From assembly GCF_022045235.1 (NCBI RefSeq), contig NW_027266297.1, positions 61,318,001-61,382,000 on the forward strand: 64,000 nt of DNA, read 5' to 3'. The notes under the pieces were generated by a model, which did not search any database, was not told where the DNA came from, and saw only the letters and a list, made by a program, of their open reading frames with translations. Position 1 is the first letter of the stretch. The number at the start of each line of letters is the position of its first letter. The stretch is from Haliotis cracherodii. Lineage: Eukaryota. Positions 36,387 through 48,778 of this stretch are shown here, piece after piece. The translations under genes and the position numbers were made by a program.

Positions 36387-39300
36387 GGATACTATGAGCC
36401 AGCGTTTGTGACTACCACAGAAGGAAATAATGTGCAGCTTGTGCTTTTAGAAAACTGCAAAACAAATACGAAGGAAGGCTTTATGTTGACTACAATGTTA
36501 CTCTGCATTAGTGTTAACCTGAGGGTAGAAATTATTATCTTCTTCCTTAAACCTCTATGAAACACATGCTATGGTGTGTCAAGGACAGGAGTATTACAGG
36601 TTCATTTGTGCATGCGGAAACAATACTTTACAAGATCGTGTTTGTCCTAAGTGGTAGGTCAGTCCTTTTCATACTTGCATTCACATATACACTACTGCCT
36701 AGAAGTTCATTCCCCTTACACGCATGGGCAACGCGTTACGCAACCAGTGTGCATCGGGTTGGTCACGCGTGTGATACCCGTGTGCAACGCGTTGCACACG
36801 GGTGTGCACCCCGTCCGCCACTCGTGTGCAACGCGTGACACACTCATTAGAGGGGGAACAAACTTTTGACCAAAGGAGGACCCGTCTTAAGCTGAACCTG
36901 GAGGTGGTAACAAGGAGAGAAAATTTTGTTATCCTGACGAAAAATGATAATGCACATGTATTTCCTAATGTCTCCTTTCTTTATGTGATTTTGTGGGAAT
37001 AACATGAATACTGTTGTGATCAAATAGATGTGTTTTGTTTTATACGACCATTGCTTCTAAATCCGATGGTGTTAAGAGAATACATGGTCCTGGAACATGT
37101 TATTGCAATTGAAATGCTTTTATTGTGATTTGACATTAACCGTCTGTAGTACGACTTTCAGTGATAATATGTATGAGGTTTGGCGGCGCATTGTTTTTAT
37201 TGGACCCTAATTACTTTATGATGACTTGGACTCTTTATCACAGCTCCAAGGCTGGAAAAGAGCAGCATGTAATTAATGAGGGTGGGTTATATCATTGAGG
37301 ATACACTTGAGGGAGAGAATACTAATTACCGTACTACAGGAAGAGACCTGTAGACGTAAGCGCGGGGTTGTGTTTTAGCTGGCCGTTCGATAATGGCCGC
37401 CAGGAGAAGTGAGCTTTGACTGCGTCATCTAAAATAAATAATAAGATACAGCAGTGTTATTTTCACGGTCTGTTGAATAAACTCCCAGTGCAACGGTCAA
37501 TGTATCTTCTACTTGATCCTTGATACATCACTTTGGCATTCACAATATATAGTATTTCAACGTACAAAAGAGCACTGATCTAAAGCAATTCCGCGGGAGT
37601 AGTTGTTACCTGTGCATTACTGTATTTTCTCAGTGAGAACCCGGATGATATAGCAGAAATCTAGACTTGTTCGCGACCTGTGCTCGCCATTCGTAAGCGC
37701 ATTTTTATTGAAAGTAGAAGGACATATGGTCACACTGATCAACAAAAATGAAATACAGTTTTTGAAATGTAGGTATATTTGTGGGGAGCATCGGTAATGG
37801 TGATGCAGTTTTGATAAGTCACTTGCTTTGTAATTGTGCGATCTTCGTGTACACTATTTTGACTTGCAACACAAAGTAAATATTTCATCTGCACATTGCT
37901 TATTTTACCGTGTGTATATGTTTACATTCAAAATGTAAACAGATTTCACTAAGGAAATGTATTAAAAGCCTAAATATTCAGTTTATTTTACAAATTAACT
38001 GAAAAATATGTCCATCTTTATTAATATGATAACGAATTCCAAATATTTGTTTATGTTTAATATCATCACCAAGTACAGTTCTGTATTGTTTGGCTTCTTT
38101 TCTTAGCATAATTAATATATTGTGATGTGTTTAAGCTCTTTTGGTCGTCTTTATCATTTTTAGTCAGTCGGTTAAATAAATGAATGGATTATTCAGTCAA
38201 TTTGTAAAATGACTGAAATATTTAGATATTTAATAAATTGCCTGAGTGAATCATATTTTACACATTGACTGTAACATATACACGCTTACAAAAGAAAATA
38301 CTTGTGAAAACAACGTCTATCGCGCATCGAAAAACTTCCTAACCAAACGGAAAGGAACAAGAATGATTCTGTTCAAAGCTGCAGCGAATGAATGAAAACA
38401 AAATGCAAATATCATTATTACAACCTACCAAAGTTATAATGTATCCGGGAATATCAACATAAAGGAACAATATCCATTGCGTCTGCAGCTGTACAAAAAT
38501 ACTTATTCGATGTCAAATGTCTATGTGAGAATCAAATACACTAATAATAATTATTTGGAAACAATATTTGGAATATATATGAAATATATTAAAATATTTA
38601 AATATATCGTTTTTAAACGTTATTTAAATGTATCGAATATTATAACCCGTGTTTGTTTCTTAACTGATCACTTAGTTTGTTTCAATTGTTTCACATAGGT
38701 GCCAAGTTAGCTGAGAAAGCACACGTGACAACTATTTTTATAATGTCCACGGTTCTTAAAAACATACATTGAGTTAGATAACAATGAACAACCAGTCAGT
38801 GTATTATCGCTTACCCTTTGAACAAAGTATGTTGTTTTTACATCTGTACTTCACGCCATGATATGAGTGTATTCCCTAGGTTTAGTAACCCTACCTTCAC
38901 ATGTAAACACTTACTTTTGACATATCCACTGTGCAAGATAACAGTAATTAATCAATCAACGTATTTCCTGTTGATCCTTTGATGTCTGGGAATGATCAGT
39001 TGATTTACAAAAAAAGTAAATCAACTGATCATACATCTCTTGCTGGGCTGCCACGTGCATAATTCACATTCCACCTCACTTCAAACCTGGATTTAGATTA
39101 AATAATTACCCCAGGTACAAGAAAGACCAAATTTGAACCTTTATCCGGTAAACTGAGTGGTGCTACAACTGAGTATACATAATATAAATTCATTAACTGA
39201 GCAGCATGTGAATTACGACAAATACAGAAGTGTAGGGTTATACCAGAAAATGTGAATGACAACAAGGGAGTGGTAATTGTATCATCCAAGCAATCCAAAA

Positions 39301-40159
39301 TCCGCAAATGCTTTCACTCAGGGATACTTTTTTTTTTATTATCAAACTGTAACAATCAGGGGTATTTCCAAATAACGACATCCGATGAGCTTTCGCCGTT
39401 ATTTGTCTGTTTGTTTAGGCTGAAGAAATTAATTACCATGCGCCCTTTGTTGAAATCTTCATAGATCACGGGTAACCAATCAGTTTTCAAAAATGCGTAA
39501 GTTTATTTAGCTGTCCTTGCAGACTGGTAGCCCAGTCTCTTGTCACGCTCGGTTGCGTTAACGAGCAAATTGACTCACGGCAGCTAGTAAGCCCAAGCGG
39601 AAATCCAAAGGTCGTATTACCTGAAGAATCAACCTTCATTTGCGAAATATCTACTGCTCTTAAAATCAATATTTCTCCCAATACTAAAATTCAGAACTTT
39701 CTAACCAAGGATTACCAGTTGAAACTGGTCGATGGCTGAACATTCCCAGGGAAGACAGCCAGTGTCCACTCTGTGATTCTATCGCTGTGGGAGATGAATT
39801 GCATTATTCATTCCGATGTGAAGCTTTACACCAACGGCGATATGAACTCTTAAATAAGCAATATCTTAAGTTTCCAAACATTTAAGAAAATTATGACCAC
39901 TAACAGTGTAAGAAATCTAAAAGGCCTATCTAAATTCCTTAACAATGTGTACAATAAAATTGGTAAATTGTATTAGTATCCACGTATCCTATTTTTATTA
40001 TTTTAGTTAAATTGTACATAATAAAAATTGTAGATAATTGTATGTCATGTTATTCTAAGAATAAATGAGTTTGAGTTTGAGTTCGACACCCGAGAAGAAG
40101 CCAGAGATTAGTGCTCCTTTTTGAATAGTTTACAATCATGTGTTTTAGGGTTAGCTGTG

Positions 40160-41000
40160 TTGGCTTAAACGTATTTTTATTTGAAAAGAAATCTGGATCG
40201 GTAAACAAGCAAAACTTGCTTATGTAATACCTCTCCAGGTAACAACTTAACAACAGCTGGATATATATATATATAAGAGAGTGATGAACATAAACATACA
40301 AAATGCACAAATGAAATACACGAAGCCAATACACTGAAGCAAGTGGTGTCTGTGAAATAAGGTAATGCAGTTTTCCTTTACTACATGCATAAAATTAAGC
40401 TACTCAAACCTTTTGCTTTTGACAATGGTGTCATGAACTGATTTAAGAAGAGTCATGTTTGTAGAACTGCTTAACTACTGCCATGTAATATCATGTTTAG
40501 ACCATACCCATGTGTGTAGAAATACATAGTGTTTCTGATATTATCGTATTTTTTAACAGTTATAGAAAAAAAAAGTGAATTGCATCTTCAAGGTGATATC
40601 TACAAGTGCAGTCTGGTATGTCTGATACATGTCGTCTAAACTGATCAGCGTTTAAGTCACTGCAGCCGAGCCTAAGGCGACAGTGGACAATTTGGCATGA
40701 TCTATGAAAATATTTGAAGTCAAAATTATTAATAATTGCATCAGAACGATGAATTAAGGATTTGATTTCTTTTAATGAGCGAGCATTAGTTACTTCATCG
40801 GATAGAGGGTTCCGCAGGTTGATCATATCCAGAAGAAATGATAATAAGCATAGGTCTGTGTTCTACATTTGATTGTTTGTATGTTGAATCTTTTTCTAAG
40901 GTTATATTTGCTGTTATCAGAGAATTGAATATACACTTTTCAAATATTTTGGCTAAGCAACTTGTGAGTGCTACAGGTCTATGATTTGGGCATTCATGTT
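40160..41000 (-). mobile_element. CR1/L2-like LINE remnant with an internal deletion, nested in the CACTA element
   Basis: Minus strand reads PNHRPVALTSCLAKIFEKCIFN (RT domain start) joined to the C-terminal IVHCRLRLGCSDLNAD...DCTCRYHLEDAIHFF (ORF 40560-40826) and a 3' UTR with AATAAA. Confidence 0.75.
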
Positions 41001-41410
41001 CATCGCTGACACTGACACCGCATCAGCCCGGCAGTGGACTTGACACAGTTATTTGCGCACTGATTATATAACTCCTACAGACAGGTGGGGTGGTTGTTCA
41101 AAGCGAAACGGACGACCCCGTCTGTTATCTAATAAATGCTGTGCGGCGCCTTTGATCTTGCCTCCAACCATACATCTTATAGTAGTAAACGACGATCAGG
41201 ATGGCCTGGAAATAAACACAATTCTGTCTGCCCAGTGTATCCACAATTAACTAGAATGCTTCATATCTACAAATATATGTATAGAAAATTGCATCAGTGT
41301 GGTTTATCATGTACAATGCTTTCTTACGCTTGGTGAGGCAGACTGATATTGAACATTAGGATAACGTCAGCAGGGATAAAAGAGGTCATACCAAAGAACT
41401 TTATTTACTA

Positions 41411-41827
41411 GTGGAAAAATCAGACATTCCGATCAACCACTACAAGCCCCGGGCGGATCTCAAGGTTGACCAGATCAACACCCCAAAGGAATATCTCTAC
41501 GCCAAACAAGGAGTCCCTTTCGTCATGGTGCACAAGAAGGGGGGACAGGACATCGAGTACGACATCACAAACTACACAGACTTGTACCACTTCTTCCAGA
41601 GTAGTGGCGTACCGACCTCAAACCACTTCGTCGCCAATACCGCCGCCCTCCTTGCCAAGAGTCTCTACCAGAATCCCGACCCCCAGGATGAGAAGCTGAC
41701 CAAGAGACTACTACAAGGACTAAACTTAATTTTTTTAATTTTTGCGTGTGTGGGGGGGGGGGTGGGGGTGTTTGCACTTCTTTATTTAATCATTACGCTT
41801 TTTTACGCTTCCCCGTGTGCGAGATAG
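41411..41827 (+). other. Coding-like fragment of unknown origin inside the CACTA element
   Basis: C/G-ending codon bias over ~41420-41720 against an AT-rich background; no ATG at the 5' end; flanked by direct repeat AGAACTTTATTT. Confidence 0.4.
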
Positions 41828-44134
41828 GCTAAAGTCGGAAAGCGCACGTTAAATCTCCGAGGTACCTATCTACCAGAACTTTATTTGCTGTTCTGGTCAT
41901 ACATAAATATATGTAAGTTACGTACATCGGGAGGCTAGATTATTTACAGCTTACAGCAATATAGTGCAAATATTATGTTCAATAAAAGAAAACGTTGATA
42001 GATCTATAACACACTTTTTGTACTTTTAAACAAACTGTGGACTTTTAAGACATTTTCGCTTATTGTAATAACATCTAGCTAACCAGTCATGTCTATCTAT
42101 GAAATCTACAAGCATAGTTGCTGTCAAACCTAAAAAACATATACAGGGAGGTAAGTTTTGACTTGCCAAGCACCTTAAGGTGAGTTTACTTTTAAACTGT
42201 CAAAAGCTATTGTCCCTTCAATACTAGTATAAGTCTGGAAGCTGTCTCTCGGACTGTTATGAGTTATGATGTATTTTATGATATAACTGGGGAATGTTCA
42301 AATTAGTTACTGTCATTTAATCCAACGTTCTAACTGTCAACTGTCTCAACAGGATCATAGGTTTGGTTATATATCTCCTCCCTGTCTCTATGTCTTAAGT
42401 TGGTAATCGGTAACTGCGGTCCAAATGTATCAACTTATTCATCTATTGTTGCAAACTTGACTGATTTAAACATATCTTATTGATCATGAACTACTCAGTC
42501 AGTCAAGCACCTGTATCAGAAATGTAAAACCAGCCATGTTTCATGTAGTCCCAATATCACTGAAAAATGCCGATGTAACGTGACATATAAATTTACTCAC
42601 AGACAATATATTTTTCGTGAGAGTGAAGCACAATTTTATTAAAGTTTTATTAACAATTTCATAAACTATAATAATATTAATATTAAAATTCATCATCTCT
42701 TGCCAAGTTTATGAAAATGTCCCCATTTGGGAGATGTCACATATAAACAAGGATTCGAAATAAATTTGATCGTCTTTGACACTGAGGTTTATCCCCACTT
42801 TGCCAGCAAACTGCAGAAGATTAACAGTGAGTGAGCATCGTTTCTATGTTTACACAAGAAAAGATGTCATGCCAAAAACGCTCACAGTAGTTAGTGAGTA
42901 AACTCACGACCTGTCATGACCTGGTTGAGTGACTTCCTCCAATCAACATGAAAGGATTACCCAAAGAGAAAGAAAGGATTAAAGTCACCCATAAATCTTC
43001 TCCTAACGTAGTACTCCAACTTCTAAATGCCTCTCAAAGAAGGATTAAAATCCTAAAGATATCCTATCTACGTGGTATAGGTACTCACAACCTCTAATAA
43101 TAAACTGTTACGTTTGGTATCCCCAGCAATACTCACCATGGTCATTGGGCAAATGTAAAAATCACAAACCCTAACGAGATTCTGTCAACATGGTCACACC
43201 CGGTGATTGTGAAGATCTCAAATTCTGTCAACTGTCAGACAGCATGGCTGTTCATATTCATTTACAACATCCTCTTATAAATAGTATAAAAGTGTCCCAC
43301 ACAAAACCTTCTTTTATTTATTCTTTCAAAATACAAAAAAGAAAGTGGGGTGTGGGGAAATGGGACATATTCCTACGTGAAATAATGAGACATTAGTAGT
43401 GGTGACGGCTATATCATAATTGTACTGTCTAAAGCATAAATTTGGCGAACGAAAAACGTTATATTTGCAATCAAATGGAATGACTCGTGTGGGCAAATGA
43501 ATATGTTCGCAATCCACAAACAATCATTTTATTAATGGCGAACATTTACCAACCCGCGACAATCGTGTCAACACGGGGGTTCCCCTAGCATTAAACTCGC
43601 ATCTAAATTCACTACTGTTCTACTGTCGGCTAGCCACAATGGCTAGACTGGACCCTAGTGGAATGGTTCATGCCATAAAAGTCTAGCAACCGAACACTAA
43701 TTAAGATGGGCCGACCTTGTATTTACGGTCTGGTGAGCACAGCTCAATGGCCGCTCATTAACTCAAATTTCACATCTCACTGTTTTGTTTTATCTCACTA
43801 TTCATTTGATAAATTTGTCAACTTCAACTGGAACCCGGTCCCGTGTTACACGCGTGGCACACGCGTGTGCAACGGGTTGCACACGCGACGCACACCCGTT
43901 GCACACCCGTGTCCAACGGGTGCTCACCCCGTGTGCAACCCGTTGAGCACCCGTGTCACATGCGTGTTACACGCGTTCTCAACGCGTGTTAGGGGAATGA
44001 ACTTTTAGGCAGTAGTGTACGTTGGCATGGTACTCTAGACCTACGCATGAGTTAGTGAGTGAGTGGGTATGGTGTCACTTGAATTTAATTTGAAGCGAAC
44101 TCTTTCGTACGAAAGCTTTTCGTCACCCTAAGTG

Positions 44135-45175
44135 AGTGAGTTATGGTTTATAGTCACATCGGCAATATTTCAGCCATATCGTGACTAAATCAAGTTATAT
44201 AGTCATGAAACACAAAACTGAACTATAAAACCTGTCGACAAAGGACAGTACAATTACTAGAGTATCACAGATTTTAGTTAAAACTAGTTTGAGAGTATAT
44301 AAAAGAACAATGGTACAATTCAACAACACAATATAAAAACGGGTTATAGATCGCCAGCAACAAAAGTTAGGCCACCACACTAGGGACCGAGGGGACTTAC
44401 GATGCTTTTGCTACCTGCACGGCTCCCCAGCAGGATTTACACCATCCCTTCAGTCGCTGGTGATTGTAGGCAAGAGTAACCACCAATTAAAACGAACAAA
44501 TATACTACGATTAAAAATGTGATAGCTATAAATTTACTTTGAAAGAAATGGAAGTTATGTATCCTCTCCAGGGGACAATAGTTTTACGATACTTCAACCC
44601 CCTTCGAGGATACAGCCATTTACAATCACAGTTTTTAATTTATTCTACCAAGTTTAAAACATAGTGTTTATACAGTATTATTAATCAAAATTTTGAAAAC
44701 AATTCAATAAGTTTTATAAATCTATAATTAAACGAGAGTTGATACTAGTAAAAAGATCCTTAATAGATGATGTTTTGAAATATTGATCCCTTGTGATGGA
44801 AAAATCAACACATTCAAGCAGGACATGCTTGACCGTGATTCTTTCATCACAAGGGACACAAAACGGAGGATCCTCACCTTTCAATAAATACTCGTGGGTG
44901 TAGCGACTGTGATCAATGCGACATCGTCTCAGGACAACTTCGCCGTGTCTGGACTGGCAACCCAAGTAGGTATAGCCTAATTTGGGTTTAAATTCATGAA
45001 GTTTATTTATACCTACTTGGGTGTCCCATCTTTTCTGCATCAAACTACGAATATATTCCTTGATGCCTTGTTTAAAATCACTGTAGGGAAGGGTAAGATG
45101 CGACATTGGTTTATCAAGAGCTGCTTTAGCTGCAGCATCAGCTCGTGTGTTACAAGCAATACCAACATGACTAGG
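44135..45175 (-). mobile_element. 5'-truncated I/Nimb-like LINE (RNase H C-terminus, Cys/His region, 3' UTR)
   Basis: PSHVGIACNTRADAAAK...RCRIDHSRYTH...PPFCVPCD...TVKHVLLEC; CTCA-repeat tail; 14-bp TSD CGTCACCCTAAGTG at 44121 and 45176. Confidence 0.88.
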
Positions 45176-45221
45176 CGTCACCCTAAGTGGGCGATATAGA
45201 ACTTAATTGAACTTGTATAGC

Positions 45222-45490
45222 GTGGCTGCTTGTACTAGTCCGGATTGATGCCGATTTATGGTGCTAGCACACTGAGATACCATGCCGCGGTTTAACATGA
45301 ATACCCCACTCAGACACAGTATACTGACTCCGAGCCGACCAGTCCTTGTTTTAGCCCTTTAATGCCGAGCGCCAGACAGGGTAACAAGTACAGTCTTTTA
45401 ACGTCTTTTGGTATGACGCGGCCGGGGATCGAACCCCGGACCTTCCGCTCTCCGGGCGGACGCTCTACCACTAGACCACAGAGGCGGTCT
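45222..45490 (-). mobile_element. SINE family B lacking its tail
   Basis: Matches 10570-10840. Confidence 0.85.
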
Positions 45491-45822
45491 CTGTTTGACA
45501 TAAGGTTATACTACCAAGGTATATCAAGATTTGATGCTACTGTTATTAATTCATATGTATACTCATCAATTAACGTCATTTGAGATCAGTATCATCACCG
45601 TCAAAATGTTGATGATGTGATGCAGTAACGACCTATTTACCCACTCGTTCTGTTAATCACATCGGTCAGGAAATGTGTCATGCTCATTTAAATTGCCCAA
45701 TTTGTAGTCACCCACAGACCCCATAACAAGTTGGTAGTAGACAATACAATGACTTCCCATTTTCACTGTAAACTATGGACTATGGAATCTGGCATATAAT
45801 AATGCTATTCTGTACTCAATGA

Positions 45823-46154
45823 GGTGAGGTGAGGTGAAATGGGGTTAACGTCGCGTCCAAGATTATTGCACTTATATAGCGACGTGCATGCACGTGTGTG
45901 TACTGCTTGTACTTGTCCGGACCGTTGCCGATTTATAGTGCTAGCTCACTGAGATACCATGCCGCAGTTTAACATGAATACCCCACTCAGTATATTGATT
46001 GCGAGCAGACCAGTCCTTGTTTTAGCCCCTAAAGGTAACAGGGTAACAACAAGTACCATCTTTTAACGTCCTTTGGTATGACGCGGTCGGGGATCGAACC
46101 CCGGACCTTCCGCTCTCGGGGCGGACGCTCTACCACTAGACCACGGAGGCGGTC
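45823..46154 (-). mobile_element. SINE family B, near full length
   Basis: TSD CTG(T/C)ACTCAATGA at 45810 and 46155. Confidence 0.88.
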
Positions 46155-47128
46155 CTGCACTCAATGAAAATGCAAAAAGAGCACATACGCACTATGAAAC
46201 AAATAATAACTGAAATCCCCTCAACTGGTTAGGATATGCATTTCTAATATAAGAATACACACTGCTACAACTAAAGAGAAAGGTATCAGGTGGGCTTGTG
46301 TGGAGCTTGTGTTGAAACGCTCATACGATTTGACCTTTCAGTTTCAGTATGACGGGGACCCGCTGCCCACAAGGTGATTCTGATGTGTGCAGAGCTTCAT
46401 GAAGGTCAGTCAATATTCATATTTTATTTTGCCAGTAGAGCCTATTGATTCGTTTTGGGTGGAAAATTATTGTTAATAGTAAGTCGTATTTGTCTGACAT
46501 TATCCAGTGAGATGCACATATTTTGCACTGCATGCAAATATCAAAAGTTAACTTACATATACTCCTATCAAGAGGTTGTCAAAGGGGAGTGGGGACGAAA
46601 GTGTTGAGAATCTGGAATCTTCACATAGCTTCTTTATATTTATTTATAGAAGTAATATATGTTTAATCATGGCTATTTAATGTGTACATTGTAATATCGC
46701 CCGAACATCAGGTAACATCGTCTCGGAACGCTTCCATACGTACAAAGGGACATTACTCCTCGGTCCATGATTACTTTATCCTGACAATGATAAATCCAAC
46801 GGTTGCACGGCGAACAATGCAGTCCATTATGTAAGAACCGTTTGTATCCACTAGTGACCATCTCTACTCTTCAAGAATTGTAGGTTTGCACTCTTCATAG
46901 TCCCATGACAGACTGTATACTAACGTACTGTTAAGAATGTTAACGACACATGTTAAACCTAGAGTGAATGTAAAACACTACCTACCATACGGTATCCAAT
47001 TTGAGTTAGTTTTACACATATATATGTGTCTTCTCTCTTCCCTGTTTCAGCTTAAAAGTGCAGTTTGAGACATGAAGCTTTACTTTGTACCCGCTTCCGC
47101 CTATGAATAAGACCAGGGCCGTCACACA

Positions 47129-48744
47129 ATGGCTTATCTGATGGCGTTCAGTTTGCTTCTTCTTCTAAAAGCAGGTTTGTGATGTTTGTGACTTCTGGTA
47201 TTTTTATTGTTGTAGGGTAAGGCGTGTAAGTAGACTAACCTTTTGCTGCATATGTTGTTAAGAGTAGGTGTGAGTGAGTAAGCGGGTAAACATTTTACAT
47301 CACATCTTACAGGGCTTGTAAATATATTTAAATCTTCATTTATTACCTCACGAAGGAAGTAAAATAGCATTAGTATTAAAAATAACAAATCAGTTCAACT
47401 ATTAAACATGCAAGTAATCACATATGTCAATATGATGCTTGATACTATTAAATAACAAGATGAAGACCATCTACCAATCAAATCTAGATCACCTTTCATA
47501 AGATCATTGGAACACTATTTTCCTGTGTGATTCCCTGGGATTTACCTCATCACTCTTGTTACTGGATAGCTCTAGATACCAGCCATAAATGAAATGTTAT
47601 TCAACTTCACACCTCTGAAATAACACTGCCTTTTAGGGGTAGGGTGTACCTTAATGGTACATGATATCAATAGGAACATCCACACCTGTATTACATTCTT
47701 ACATCTTTTTTTTTAACACAGTTACATCTTCAGGTGCAGGTTGCACCATTTGCGACGGAAACAACTCCACCTGCGTCGACGGTGAGTGTCTACCTCGTTG
47801 CATCAACCTGACATCATCTGGAGAGTGTCTGCAGTGTCGAGATTCCAGGTTCCATGGAGAACAGTGTAAAAACATGTGTCCAGGCACATGTATCAACTCT
47901 CGCTGTCAGATAAATAACTCTCGTGTTGTGTGCACAGAGGGATGCGTGGCTGGCAAAAAGGGAGATAACTGTGAAGTGAACTGTCCGTCAGCCTGTACAC
48001 AGTGTGAACGTTATGGTGATGGTTGTACAGGAGAGTGTTCCAACAGCCGCTACTATGGACTGAACTGTCGGAAGTCATGCCCCTCCAACTGTAGAGATAG
48101 GTGTGATAAAGAAACTGGGGAGTGCGATAGTTGTGAAGAGGGGTACAGAGGGAAGTACTGTAAGGAAGACTGCTCCATCAGCTGTGTAGGTGGATGTGAG
48201 AAAGAAACTGGGGAGTGCGATAGTTGTGAAGAGGGGTACAGAGGGAAGTACTGTAAGGAAGACTGCCCCATCAGCTGTGTAGGAGGATGTGAGAAAGACA
48301 CCGGCCATTGCGACAGCTGTGAGCGAGGTAACAGAGGGGAGTTCTGTAACGCTACCTGCAAGTCTGGACTATGTAAATCAGGTAAAAAAGATGAGTAATT
48401 ATTTCTAAAATTTCTAAGACCAGGAATAACATAACTGTTTTTGTTATTGGAGGTAACTAATCGTTTCTGATGACAGTTATACTAACTATGAAATCACAGT
48501 GCAGAAATGATTGTATCATATCATTACACCCACGAATATAATTTTTTTTATCGAACATGTTTGGTCCTATTCCAGTACCGCCCCTGCCCCCCGCCAGCCA
48601 TGAATGGGTATCGGGTAGGGTGAGACGGTAGCTGTGATTGTCAACCAAAAACAGCCGGGAGAATGGATTGAATACTCCCCAGGGCGTTGAGAATGCAAAT
48701 TGAGAGCACACTGATCAATAGCAAGGATAATAATAATGTAGCGC

Positions 48745-48778
<34 letters not shown>

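Larger units (their letters stand above)
36690..44017. mobile_element. CACTA (EnSpm/CMC)-type DNA transposon, 7.3 kb, no recognisable transposase
   Basis: ~34-bp TIR CACTACTGCCTA(G/A)AAGTTCATTCCCCT(T/A)ACACGC at both ends; TA on both flanks; ~150-180 bp of subterminal CACACGCG/CGTGTGCAAC repeats at each end. Confidence 0.85.
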
